DNA of 64,000 nt from an uncultured Gammaproteobacteria bacterium (GTDB lineage Bacteria > Pseudomonadota > Gammaproteobacteria > Arenicellales > Poriferihabitantaceae). Position 1 is the stretch's first letter; every line of letters starts with the position of its first letter. A program made the position numbers and the translations under genes. The stretch covers positions 993 through 64,992 of the forward strand of contig CAMYNW010000014.1 of NCBI GenBank assembly GCA_947259885.1. The letters are read 5' to 3'. Of the stretch, positions 1 to 9,968 are shown one piece after another. Below the pieces are notes generated by a model. The model saw only the letters and a program-made list of their open reading frames with translations, did no database searches and had not been told where the DNA came from.

Positions 1-10
1 CCGTGGGCAT
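1..10 (-). CDS. Possible start of a gene running off the left edge (M-P-T...)
   Basis: Minus strand reads GGAG-9 nt-ATG CCC ACG. Only three codons are visible. Confidence 0.25.
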
Positions 11-118
11 CTTTTCTGCTCCAGGTTATACTTTTTTAAAAATAAACTAAGTTCTAATAAAAAGCACCCAATTAATTTTTCCAGTTCTGGTGCATAGCGT
101 ACGTTGTAAGCGCTTTAT

Positions 119-529
119 TTAGAGGGTACTGTTAGACACTTTAATCTCCTCAATCAGCTGCATTACCTTTTCCTTGATCGTATTGCGAACCGCTATAAAT
201 TCTTCCATCTCCATGTGCTTTGGATCGGGTATCTTCCAGTCCTCTCGGTTTTTTGCCCGGACATAGGGACATTCGTCACCACAACCCATGGTGATGACAT
301 AATCAAATTCTATCTGTGGAACAGCATCCAGCGATTTTGATTTATGAGATGTTAAGTCATATCCGCTATCTATCATTGCAGCGATGGCTTTCTCATTCAC
401 CACTCCGGACGGGCGGGAGCCCGCTGAGTAGGCGTCGATTACACCCGCACCATGGACTATTCCAAGCGCTTCCGCCATCTGACTGCGGCAGGAGTTTTCA
501 ATACATACAAAAAGGACTTTCAATATCAT
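119..529 (-). CDS. arsC: Arsenate reductase, thioredoxin-coupled LMW-PTPase family
   Basis: P-loop VCIENSCRSQMAE, SAGS motif, resolving cysteines in TMGCGDECP, C-terminal W-x-I-P-DP. Confidence 0.85.
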   Translation of the reverse strand: MILKVLFVCIENSCRSQMAEALGIVHGAGVIDAYSAGSRPSGVVNEKAIAAMIDSGYDLTSHKSKSLDAVPQIEFDYVITMGCGDECPYVRAKNREDWKIPDPKHMEMEEFIAVRNTIKEKVMQLIEEIKVSNSTL

Positions 530-830
530 AGTTAGAAAAGGTAAGTTCTACTAATAATTCTGCCTCGTTTCTTAAAGTTTGGCTTATCTAAAACGCAGCA
601 CTTGCATTTGAGGCATTCTGACTCAAAAGGACGCTTAAAGCCATATCCTAAGCTAAGTCGGCATCTGATTTTTCGATCTATAAATTAGGGCTCGATTAAG
701 TCTTACATTGGAAAAGTTGTCGTTTACCAAAATCGCCCGAACGGTTCAAGATGTTTCAACACGGACCTTCGGTTGAAAACGAAATAATTATCAGGCGAGT
801 CTGCAAGCTGTGCTTCGCTTTCTACTTATC

Positions 831-1226
831 TCAGGTATAACGCCCCTGTCGTTGCAGAACTTCAATCTTGTAACCATCGGGGTCCTTGACAAAAAAGAAT
901 TTTGCAATTAATTCATCATTTCGATGGAATTCTTTAACCGGTGTGGGTTCAATCCCAAGTGCTTCCATTCGAGAGTGTTCCGCTCCAATGTTATCAACAC
1001 TGACAGCCAGATGACCATATCCATCCCCATGGGTGTATTCTTCGTTTTGGTCGTGATTAACGGTTAATTCGATTTCAAAATCGTTCTCTTTATTCTTTAA
1101 ATATACCAAGTTAAATCCATCAAACTCAAAACGGTCCTTGATGCCTAAATCGAAAGCTTTTGAATAGAAATCAATTGATCTGGTTTCATCCAGTACGCGT
1201 ATCATAGAGTGTATTGCTTTGGCCAC
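831..1226 (-). CDS. VOC/glyoxalase (lactoylglutathione lyase-like) protein
   Basis: Metal-binding motifs HSMIRV, EIELT, GYGHLA, DPDGYKIE. Start moved to the GTG at 1226, which has GGAG upstream. Confidence 0.85.
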   Translation of the reverse strand: MAKAIHSMIRVLDETRSIDFYSKAFDLGIKDRFEFDGFNLVYLKNKENDFEIELTVNHDQNEEYTHGDGYGHLAVSVDNIGAEHSRMEALGIEPTPVKEFHRNDELIAKFFFVKDPDGYKIEVLQRQGRYT

Positions 1227-1529
1227 GTATAATTTCTCCAATAATATTGTCAAATTATAGGATAGATATAACTATCGGTGTGCGAGATCATTAATATTAT
1301 CAATAGATTAACGGTTACATTACCTGCGCACCCTCTTACTTGATTCCTCAAGTGCTACTAAAGAATATAGCTCGTTTCCGAAAAGCTGCTTAAAGATGGG
1401 TCGTTCAATTCGGGAAAGAGCAAACACCTGGCAACCACGAACATCTTGTAGAGCATGATGCGCCTTTTTCCGGTTAAAAAATTGTCTGTGCATCAAGACG
1501 AGTTCAGGCAAGTTGATTACAATGAACCG

Positions 1530-2081
1530 ATGCATGGCGAACGACAGACATCCTCTACTCCCCTTTGGTGCTTCCAGATCCTGGTGCTATCGATCCTGGT
1601 TGTGTCGCCGGTCGCCGCGGGTGAGCTGGATTCCTTAAAGGATTTGAGGGAATTTCTCAGGGGCGAGCCCTATGTCAACAGAGGTACAGACGATAAGCTC
1701 ACTCCATTACCGGATGAAACGCAGGTGTTGATCACCAAGGGTCGAGCGGTTTACGCAAAGCATTGTGCAGCATGCCATGGTGATAATTTGCAGGGGCAGC
1801 CAAACTGGAACACGCGCCAAAAATCCGGTCTGCTGCCTGCGCCGCCTCATAATGAGACAGGTCACACCTGGCACCATGCAGATGACCAGCTCTTTGAGTT
1901 CGTCAAATACGGGCCGACTGTTGCCGTGGGCGATCCCAAGTACCGCTCTTCCATGCCCTCATTTGCCGATGTTCTTGAGGATGACAATATTTTTGCGGTA
2001 TTGGTGTATATCCGCAGTACCTGGCCGGAGGAGTTGCGTCGCTGGCAAGCTGGAACTAACGACTTTCAGTCCGAAAAATAA
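1530..2081 (+). CDS. Periplasmic monoheme cytochrome c
   Basis: CAACH heme motif, distal SMPSF Met, APPH..GHTWHH motif, and a hydrophobic signal (ILVLSILVVSPVAAG) after the ATG at 1530. The ORF track starts at 1455. Confidence 0.85.
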   Translation: MHGERQTSSTPLWCFQILVLSILVVSPVAAGELDSLKDLREFLRGEPYVNRGTDDKLTPLPDETQVLITKGRAVYAKHCAACHGDNLQGQPNWNTRQKSGLLPAPPHNETGHTWHHADDQLFEFVKYGPTVAVGDPKYRSSMPSFADVLEDDNIFAVLVYIRSTWPEELRRWQAGTNDFQSEK

Positions 2082-2422
2082 CATGGCCGTGCAGGCCGCG
2101 TGGGTTAAAGAAACTCTGCCCTCAATTTATTGGGCAGCTTTAGCTGGCTCGCATAACAAGTATCAGGGATGATACGAACAAACCGGGTCAACTTTACTCT
2201 ATGATCGAGGATCAGAGACTCTAACCTGGCAATGAAGTCCAACGGTTCCAGGACGATGTATAAGATTCGGTCTCGTTAGGTTGTTTTCAAAGTAACAGTC
2301 GAAGATTTAAAATATTTCTATGCCAGTTTTCTCGTGATCATAGCCGATCAACCAGAATCCAATCGTCAGGACTATCGTGACGATTTCAAGCTCGACTAGG
2401 TTTTAAATAAAATATCTACAGT

Positions 2423-3749
2423 ATGCGAATCAGAAAAACTCTATTTTGGATCGTCTATTTTCTGATGATACTGGTTCTAGTAGAAGCAACCGGCCATTAG
2501 GCATTTCGCATAACCCAGAATAAATGGTTTTTATTTTCGGAGCTCAAGGGACAAAGATTGACGCTACTGGAAAAACTTCGTTTGCGAGACAAAGCGTTAA
2601 CTGACGAAGCAAATCAAAAACCAAATGCTGAGGGTGGCTGGAGCGTGCAAATTTTGCATCCCTACACCGGGTATGTAGTGGATTTTAACGAAAAAGACTG
2701 CGGCACTACTGGCTTTTGTGACGATCGTATCCGCGCGTACAACCGGCAATTTCCGGGACAGAATTTCGTGCCGAAAACCGGTAAAAATCTCATCGTTGCA
2801 CTAACTGGTGGGTCATTTGCTTATGGAGTTGGAAATACATCGACACCGGGAAAATGGGAAGGCGCCCTGGCATCAATTCCAGCATTCGCGGATAAGAAAA
2901 TATACATTTACACACTTGCCCTGGGTGGATTTAAACAACCCCAGCAGTTGAACGCAATGTCGATGTTTCTTGGTATAGGTGTGAAGTTTGACATGATTAT
3001 TAATGTCGATGGATTTAATGAGGTAGCACTCTCGGTTTCAGAGAATGCTCCTTGGGGCATTAGCCCATTTTTTCCCCGTTTATGGAGTAGATTGGTGCGT
3101 GGTTCAAAGGCTGATTCCAAATTACGCCGACTGGAAGGGGAGGTGTCGTTTTATCAGAATCAGCAGGTTGAATATGCCAATCTGATACCGTAACTCTGCT
3201 CTTGCAAATTTGCTGTGGGTTTACGGTAACCAAAAACTCGACGCGCAAATAGGCCGCGCCAAGATTAACCTTCTTGACTATGGCAAGAGCACTAAGAAAA
3301 AGCCGACATCAACGCTGGAAGCCACCGGCCCTTCGATTGTTTCAAAGGAATATGATGCCGTGATGGCCAGCTCGGTAGATTTTTGGGCCAGGAGTTCGCA
3401 ATCATTCCAGGCAATCGCCAACGCTCACTACGTACCGTATTTTCATTTTCTGCAGCCAAACCAGTATGTCGAGGGCTCTAAAGTTTTGTCTGAAAAAGAG
3501 CTAAAGGACGCGATTATTGTGGAGGGTAACCCCTATGCTCGCGCGGCCAAGGCTGGCTATCCGTTACTATCAGAAACAGGCAAGCAACTGATTGCCAGTC
3601 AGGTTAACTTTACTGATTTAACCCAAATGTTTGCCAATAACAGCGAAGATCTCTATGTCGACAGCTGTTGTCATGTTAATCAGCGCGGTTATGACTATGT
3701 TATTGACGAGATCATCAAAGTTGTTCGCGGGCATTTTCAGCCTGAATAA
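2423..3749 (+). pseudogene. Disrupted membrane-anchored SGNH/GDSL-like hydrolase
   Basis: ATG 2423 (MRIRKTLFWIVYFLMILVLVEATGH) is in frame with ORF 2558-3193 across a TAG at 2498-2500. A frameshift near 3183-3193 leads into ORF 3210-3749. Motifs GGSFA, GGFKQPQQ, DGFNE, QPNQY and DSCCH are split across the pieces. Confidence 0.7.
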
Positions 3750-3786
3750 GTATTAATAACTTCCAAGTATAGGGAGGGTAAAGCAC

Positions 3787-3954
3787 ATGTCTACACGATT
3801 AATACAGAATTATCTGGGTGTGCAGCAGTTGGGGTTTGCACGATGTGAAATTTCAGACCTGGGAAAACAGCGCGCAGGTATCCACCACGTTGTCAGATCA
3901 GATTGGAAATGGATATCCGCACCGTTTGAGGAGATTCCAACTTCTACAAGGTAG
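3787..3954 (+). CDS. Putative 55-aa small protein (below the ORF-track cutoff)
   Basis: GGGAGG SD-like motif upstream of ATG 3787; open to TAG 3952-3954; fills the intergenic gap. Confidence 0.3.
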   Translation: MSTRLIQNYLGVQQLGFARCEISDLGKQRAGIHHVVRSDWKWISAPFEEIPTSTR

Positions 3955-3970
3955 TATTGCAATGGCCGGG

Positions 3971-4852
3971 TTATCCGGTCGCCCCCTTCCGTTTGTCGGT
4001 GGGCAATAGGTCGTGCTCGGCATGTGTCAGGGGTCGATCGTGTTCGAGGGCGGGTATGCGCGAACGGGCCTCGGTGACTTTCTGCAGGTCGATCTCAGCA
4101 AGCACTACATCCGGAGTGTCCTCGGCACCTTCCGCCAGAATTTGCCCCCAGGGATCAATGATCAGGGAATGACCATAAGTTCGACCTTTACCATGGAAAC
4201 CGTATTGACAGGGCGCGAACACAAAACTCCCTGTTTCAATGGCGCGGGCACGCAGCAGGACATGCCAATGCGCTTTGCCGGTAGTGTGCGTGAATGCGGC
4301 CGGAACGGTCAGCACGTTGGCACCGCTCTGCGCCAATAAACGGTAGAGTGCGGCAAAGCGCAGATCGTAGCAGATGGTAAGCCCGAGACGGGCAAAAGGA
4401 GTGTCCACGATCACTGCCTTATCACCAGCAGTAAACGTATCTGATTCTCGATACACCTCGCCATCACCCAGACTGACATCGAACATGTGTATCTTGTCAT
4501 ATCGTGCAGTCAGTTCTCCAAAGGGGTCGATCAGTAATGAGCGATTGCGCTTGTTACCATCCTGATCCACCACTGCAATCGACCCGACCAGGATCCAGGT
4601 CGACAAGGAGTGAGCCAGATCTCTGAATGTAGCCAAAGCTGGGTGGGAGGATTCAGCAGCAGCACCGGTTTCGAATATCTTCTCCTCTACATGAAGATGT
4701 GCGCAGAACTCCGTCAGGCATATCAAGTCTGCACCCTGATCGTGGGCTTTTTTAATCAGAGAGACGCATTCGGTGACACTTTTATCTGTATTATTGACTG
4801 CGCAATTTTGAACGCATGCTGCGGTAAAGGATTGGCTCATGGTGTTGCTCAT
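3971..4852 (-). CDS. Carbon-nitrogen hydrolase, Nit1/deaminated-glutathione amidase-like
   Basis: E-K-C triad in LTEF, YDKIHMFD, ICYDLRF; AAFT..TG.AHW..LLRARAIE; GHS.IIDPWG. Confidence 0.9.
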   Translation of the reverse strand: MSNTMSQSFTAACVQNCAVNNTDKSVTECVSLIKKAHDQGADLICLTEFCAHLHVEEKIFETGAAAESSHPALATFRDLAHSLSTWILVGSIAVVDQDGNKRNRSLLIDPFGELTARYDKIHMFDVSLGDGEVYRESDTFTAGDKAVIVDTPFARLGLTICYDLRFAALYRLLAQSGANVLTVPAAFTHTTGKAHWHVLLRARAIETGSFVFAPCQYGFHGKGRTYGHSLIIDPWGQILAEGAEDTPDVVLAEIDLQKVTEARSRIPALEHDRPLTHAEHDLLPTDKRKGATG

Positions 4853-4986
4853 GCCCCATAGGAAAATCGACTGACATAGACATTGGATAGACTAGCATAG
4901 ATCTGCGTGCAGGGACGGGTGTGCTGGGAAACTGAGCCAGATAAAGGATCACGCGAATAAAGGACTAATAATCCGTTATCGTTATT

Positions 4987-6300
4987 CTATCGATCCAGGC
5001 CCACTTCCTTGAAACGCGAGCGCACCTTGAAGAAAGCCGCAATGTCCAACAGCGGCCGTGGCGGCATCCATGCGGCTGGAGCGGATGCCAGACAGTTGCT
5101 GACCGTTGGCGATGTTTCGCCACTGGCATAGTCGGCAATAGCTGTACCGAAAGCGGTGCCGCGACTGACACCAGAACCGTTGTAACCGCCCGCAAGATAA
5201 ACATTAGTGCGCTGACGCCCGAAGAAATTGGTGCCGTTACGGGAAATACCTTCGACCCCCGACCAACCAAACTCAAACGGCACATGGGTCAGCTTCGGAA
5301 AACGTTTGTCGAAGGCCGCACGATGAATTGTTTGGCGCTTCGCCAGCTCGCCGTCGGTCAGGAGAACCGAACCATGGTATTCCGCGGTATTGCGGATGCT
5401 GATGCGATGATCCGCAGTCAACCGAAGCGTGGCACCACCACTATGGAGAGAGATCGCTCCCCATTGGGTCAGACTGCCGAGGCTATCCAGTTCCTCTCGG
5501 TCCAACTTGCGGGTGAAGCTACCGGCCAGTGTGCTGCCAACCATATAGGATTTTAGAAAACCCAGCGTCGCCGATTCGAAATTCATTGTCAGGATGAGCT
5601 TGTCGGTTTTAACAGTGGCAGTTGTAAGGCGAAGTGTAAGTGGCGATCCCTGCCCCACTTCGAGTACCGGACTTTGTTCATGCAGTTTCACATTAGCTGG
5701 CAGGGAGTCAGCAAGTCCGTATACTAGCGCGGCCGGTTGCACCAGCGCGCCATCAGCAATATGAATACCGGCCTGGTAAAGATCAGTCCCCAGCAATTCT
5801 TGCATCAGGTCCTTATCGAGCGGTTGGTGCGCGACCTCCAGGACTTCGAGATAACGTAGAAAGTGTTGATACTCCTTGAGCGCCACCGCGCCGGCTGCGG
5901 TGTGATGAAAGCCATCCCGGCGCCATTGGCAATCAATGGCATTAGCTGCGATCTGGGAGTGCAGTAACTCGAGCCCAGCCTGGTTGATACGATTAATGCG
6001 GCGATAGTTTTCCAATTGATCTACATCAATCGCGCCGGGAAACTGGCTGGTGGAAACGACAAAACCCGAATTCCGTCCTGAGGCCGCTTGCCCGACACAA
6101 CGCGCCTCTAATAGCAAAATTTCCTCATCTGGATGGAGTTCGGCCAGCCGACGAGCGCACGCCAAACCGGTCAGTCCCGCACCGACTACTGTCCACGATA
6201 CCCGCTGATCGCTATATAGAGCAGACGTGGCCTGACGTTTCGGCAAGAGTTCAGCCCACCCATGCTGGTCTGTCGAAAAGGTATTGCGTGCTGCGGTCAT
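4987..6300 (-). CDS. FAD-dependent oxidoreductase, DAO/PuuB-like
   Basis: VVGAGLTG Rossmann motif, ASGRNSGF, QPAAL, GYNGSG. Confidence 0.8.
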   Translation of the reverse strand: MTAARNTFSTDQHGWAELLPKRQATSALYSDQRVSWTVVGAGLTGLACARRLAELHPDEEILLLEARCVGQAASGRNSGFVVSTSQFPGAIDVDQLENYRRINRINQAGLELLHSQIAANAIDCQWRRDGFHHTAAGAVALKEYQHFLRYLEVLEVAHQPLDKDLMQELLGTDLYQAGIHIADGALVQPAALVYGLADSLPANVKLHEQSPVLEVGQGSPLTLRLTTATVKTDKLILTMNFESATLGFLKSYMVGSTLAGSFTRKLDREELDSLGSLTQWGAISLHSGGATLRLTADHRISIRNTAEYHGSVLLTDGELAKRQTIHRAAFDKRFPKLTHVPFEFGWSGVEGISRNGTNFFGRQRTNVYLAGGYNGSGVSRGTAFGTAIADYASGETSPTVSNCLASAPAAWMPPRPLLDIAAFFKVRSRFKEVGLDR

Positions 6301-6430
6301 GAAGACAATATAGGGAGTTAACTATTAATCTTTATAGAATCACGAAACTGCTAAAATCTTAATCCTTCCGTAACCATTTTTCATTTACATTCATGCTATG
6401 GACGTATTGATATGTGGAGATTAATTAGCG

Positions 6431-7021
6431 GTGCAAAAAATACTGGTAACCGGCTTTGAGCCGTATGGTGGTGTAAGTTTCAATCCCTCGGAGCTCATTG
6501 TCAAAGAACTGGCTGCTTTTAAAGAACCTGGTGTAGTGACCGCGTTAATCCCAACATCATACCATCGGGCGGAAGCCGACATTGTCGATCTGATTCATAT
6601 TCATCAACCATCCGTGTTGTTGATGCTTGGATTGAAACGACGCGCATCCAGGTTATGCCTAGAGCAATTGGCGCTCAACATGGACAACTCGATTACGCCA
6701 GACAACGACGGTGAAATTCGAGTGCATGAGCGTATTATTAAGGAAGCACCTGACCACTACTCGAATTCATTGCAGCTTGATCATATGGCGGATATTGCCG
6801 GCGATCAGGGCGAGCCGGTTGATTTTTCAAGCGACGCAGGAGGTTTCGTTTGTAACCACCTGTTCTTCATTGCAGCACATCTCGCTGCCACTGAGTTCGA
6901 CAATTGCCGTTGTGGTTTTGTGCATGTCCCGCCGATGGAGGAGTCCTCGGAACGTCTGCCGCGTGTTGTTGAAATTACCCGTGACTGGGTTAGGTTATTG
7001 AAGAAACCGGGGGATGTTTGA
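6431..7021 (+). CDS. pcp: Pyroglutamyl-peptidase I (C15)
   Basis: ILVTGFEPYG, NPS, catalytic Glu in LEQLA, DAGGFVCN, GFVHVP. Confidence 0.88.
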   Translation: MQKILVTGFEPYGGVSFNPSELIVKELAAFKEPGVVTALIPTSYHRAEADIVDLIHIHQPSVLLMLGLKRRASRLCLEQLALNMDNSITPDNDGEIRVHERIIKEAPDHYSNSLQLDHMADIAGDQGEPVDFSSDAGGFVCNHLFFIAAHLAATEFDNCRCGFVHVPPMEESSERLPRVVEITRDWVRLLKKPGDV

Positions 7022-7145
7022 AGCCCATTCAGTGAAGTCAAATGAATATTGGCTCTGCACCCAAATAAATTAATCGCCGCTTAACTCAGTCAACTATTAA
7101 TGATCCTAAACAGCAGTAACGCGTCATGAGCGTATACTCCGAGCC

Positions 7146-8708
7146 CTACAACTTCACCTCATAACTTTCTTCCTGGGCTTTATCCTGATTCATCTTCATA
7201 TTGAGCATACGCAGAGTCGCGCCAATTCCAGCAAAAACCTGGTTGGCGCTGACGCCCCGGGTTCTTACTTTTCTTCCCTGATCCTGCCAGGTGATGAAAC
7301 ATTCGACCAGTGCGCTGGCTGTGCCTCCTCTCGGGATTCTCACCTGGTAGTCAACCAGTTCCGGGAACTCAATCTTTCGCCGATCGAGGATTTTACGGAT
7401 CGCCACCACAAAAGCATCGAATCCGCCGTTGCCGGCGCCGGTGGATTTAAAAGTATCGTCATATATCCGCACTCGGATACTCACCACCGACTCCAGATCC
7501 AGCCCACTGGTAATGGAGCAGTTGAGCAACTCTAGATGACGATCCCCCTTGCTTTCAAGAATATCCGCAATAATAAACGGCAAATCTTCCGGCGTAATGG
7601 TGGCCTTGGAATCCCCCAGTTTGACGATCCGCTTCAACACCTTGGCCTGATCCTCCTCTGACAGGCTGATACCCAGCGTCTCCAGGTTTTTCTTCAATGA
7701 AGCCTTGCCGCTCATTTTACCAAGGGCATAAGAACGTGATCGGTTGAAACGATCCGGGCTCAGGTCGGTCTGGTACAGGTCGCCCTTCGAATCGCCATCC
7801 GCATGGATGCCTGCAGTCTGAGTAAATACATCAGCACCCACTATGGGAGCGTTCTCGGCAACCATCTTGCCGGAGAAGTTTTCTACCATTTGGCTCAAGG
7901 TATAGATTTCGGTTTCGTCAACGGAGATTTGCGCATCCATCTTATCCCTCAGGACCATGCACACTTCCGCCAGCGATGCATTCCCTGCTCGTTCGCCGAG
8001 GCAGTTAATGGTGCAGTGTATCGTGGAAGCCCCTGCTTTGACCGCCGCCATACTGTTAGCGGTGCCGAGGCCGTAATCATTGTGAGGATGAAAATCAAAA
8101 TTACAGTCCGCGAATCGATCCTTCATATCCGAGATGCTGGCGAATACCTCTTCGGGGGACATTACCCCGAGCGTATCCGGCAACATATAGTGGCTAATGG
8201 GTAACTGCCGCAGGCTTTCCATCATTTCATAAACATATTCTGGACTGTCGGCAAAGCCATTGGACCAGTCCTCCAAATAAACATTCACCAGCAGTCCCTG
8301 TTCCTTGGCATAGTCGACGGTGCGTCGGATACCATCCAGATGCTCGCTCAGCGATTGACGCAATTGTTCGCGACAATGTTTTTCACTGCCCTTTGTCAGC
8401 AAATTCAGCACTTTACCGCCGGCACTGGTAATCCAGTCCACGCTGCGTTTATGGTTGGTAAAACCGAGCACTTCTACCCGCTCCAGGAAGCCCTCCTCCG
8501 CTGCCCAGTCGTTGATTCGAGTTACCGCTTCTAGCTCACCGCTGGATATCCCGGCGGAGGCTACTTCGATTCGATCTACCTTAAGCGAATGCAGAAGCGC
8601 TTTGGCAATACTGACCTTTTCAGCCTGGGAGAATGAGACTCCTTGGGTCTGTTCGCCATCACGCAGGGTGACGTCCATTAGTTCAACTTTTGGGCCAGGG
8701 TTTGGCAT
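7146..8708 (-). CDS. cimA: DRE-TIM metallolyase with LeuA-type regulatory domain, (R)-citramalate synthase-like
   Basis: DVTLRDGEQT, YLEDWSNG, LPDTLG, HPHNDYGL, GERAGN, GIHADG; C-terminal GNGGFDAF and LVDYQVRIP. Likely ATG at 8708. Confidence 0.7.
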   Translation of the reverse strand: MPNPGPKVELMDVTLRDGEQTQGVSFSQAEKVSIAKALLHSLKVDRIEVASAGISSGELEAVTRINDWAAEEGFLERVEVLGFTNHKRSVDWITSAGGKVLNLLTKGSEKHCREQLRQSLSEHLDGIRRTVDYAKEQGLLVNVYLEDWSNGFADSPEYVYEMMESLRQLPISHYMLPDTLGVMSPEEVFASISDMKDRFADCNFDFHPHNDYGLGTANSMAAVKAGASTIHCTINCLGERAGNASLAEVCMVLRDKMDAQISVDETEIYTLSQMVENFSGKMVAENAPIVGADVFTQTAGIHADGDSKGDLYQTDLSPDRFNRSRSYALGKMSGKASLKKNLETLGISLSEEDQAKVLKRIVKLGDSKATITPEDLPFIIADILESKGDRHLELLNCSITSGLDLESVVSIRVRIYDDTFKSTGAGNGGFDAFVVAIRKILDRRKIEFPELVDYQVRIPRGGTASALVECFITWQDQGRKVRTRGVSANQVFAGIGATLRMLNMKMNQDKAQEESYEVKL

Positions 8709-9064
8709 GGTAGCTTTTTTCAATTAATACTTAAAAATCTTGCTGATGCGGATTATTGCTCACGCAGGATATTAAAGTCCAATCTGATCGACTTCGAGGC
8801 AGTTGACCTATCAGTGGAGTTAATTGATGGCTCCATGATGATCGCATGAAATATCAGATGACAGACAAAAGGATCAAGTCCGCTTTCACTTTTTTGGCGG
8901 ATAAGTGAGGTTTATACTGTCTGGGAGGAGGTCAAATATCATCAATGGCAGTTGTGGAACTGGCCCCAGAGCATACAACTAGACTTGCTGATCTGATCAG
9001 GACTTAAAATTAAGTTATCGTTAAAGGTGCTTAATTGCTTACCGGCAATCGTAAAATTAGAGTT

Positions 9065-9391
9065 ATGGATATAGAGATTCCAAGAAATACTGAAGGGTAT
9101 TTGATTGTTCCAGATGATTGGAACAAAGATATTGCAATTGAATTAGCTCGGGAGGAAGGCATTACGTTAAGTGAGGCCTACTGGCCGTTACTTCATTTCA
9201 TGAGAACGTATTACAGTGAGCATGCGGTTGCGCCCGATGTTCGTCATGTTGCGGATTTCCTGATGAAGGAAAAAGGCTGTGGAAAAAAGCAGGCCAAGAC
9301 AGAAATTTTTAACCTGTTTCCATATGGCTATGTGAAACAGGCATGTAAGATCGCGGGAATGAAACGGCCGCGCGCATGGAGTACCGGTTAG
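9065..9391 (+). CDS. TusE/DsrC superfamily protein lacking the C-terminal cysteine (RspA-like)
   Basis: EGYL..PDDW, W....FMR.YY, LFPYGYVKQACKIAGMKRPRAWSTG. Likely ATG at 9065. Confidence 0.85.
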   Translation: MDIEIPRNTEGYLIVPDDWNKDIAIELAREEGITLSEAYWPLLHFMRTYYSEHAVAPDVRHVADFLMKEKGCGKKQAKTEIFNLFPYGYVKQACKIAGMKRPRAWSTG

Positions 9392-9518
9392 AGCATGCCA
9401 TTTAGCGGCATGCGCCCAAATAGCATAAATTTTTGCCCGGCTCTCATTCTATATAATGTTAATCGTGTAATACCGCGTTATATGACAAGTACTCACGATA
9501 GTTTGCGGAGAAATTTAT

Positions 9519-9968
9519 ATGAAGATATATCTGGCGCAACACGCGGAAGCGATCGATAAGTCTGCGGATCCAGCAAGGCCAATATCAAGAGATGGGGCGG
9601 TGACTGCCGCCCGGGTGGCTGCCCACATTGCCAGACATGACATTGGCATCACCGCCATTCGTCACAGCGGTAAACTTCGTTCAAAACAAACGGCTGAAGT
9701 TTATGCCGAGCACCTGGGTGTGAGTGATATTTCAGAAATGTCGGGCATGAATCCTAACGATGACGTTAGAGCTTTCATAAGCGGACTGAACCTGGATAGC
9801 ACTTTGTATGTTGGTCACCTGCCCCACCTGGATAAGACCTTGTCGTGTCTCATTGGGGGCAATCGTGACCAGGGCGTGCTCATATTTAAAAATTCAGGTA
9901 TCGCCTGCATCGAACTTGGTGGCGCGGAACCGTCCTTGCTTTGGTACCTTTCTCCGGATATCTGTTAA
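9519..9968 (+). CDS. sixA: Phosphohistidine phosphatase SixA
   Basis: YLAQHAEA (variant of RHG), RP.S..G, HSGKLRSKQTAE, VGHLPHL. Confidence 0.85.
   Translation: MKIYLAQHAEAIDKSADPARPISRDGAVTAARVAAHIARHDIGITAIRHSGKLRSKQTAEVYAEHLGVSDISEMSGMNPNDDVRAFISGLNLDSTLYVGHLPHLDKTLSCLIGGNRDQGVLIFKNSGIACIELGGAEPSLLWYLSPDIC

Noticed and set aside
2498-2500. In-frame TAG as possible pyrrolysine or programmed readthrough
   Set aside because: The same gene also has a frameshift, other genes here use TAG as a normal stop, and no pyl genes are seen.
8924-9007. GGAGGAGG followed by a 20-codon ORF upstream of the DsrC-like gene
   Set aside because: SD-to-ATG spacing is about 13 nt and the peptide has no leader-peptide features.
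9519-9968. SixA QHAEA in place of RHG as a sign of inactivation
   Set aside because: The catalytic His and the other motifs are intact, and I recall QH variants in other SixA homologs.
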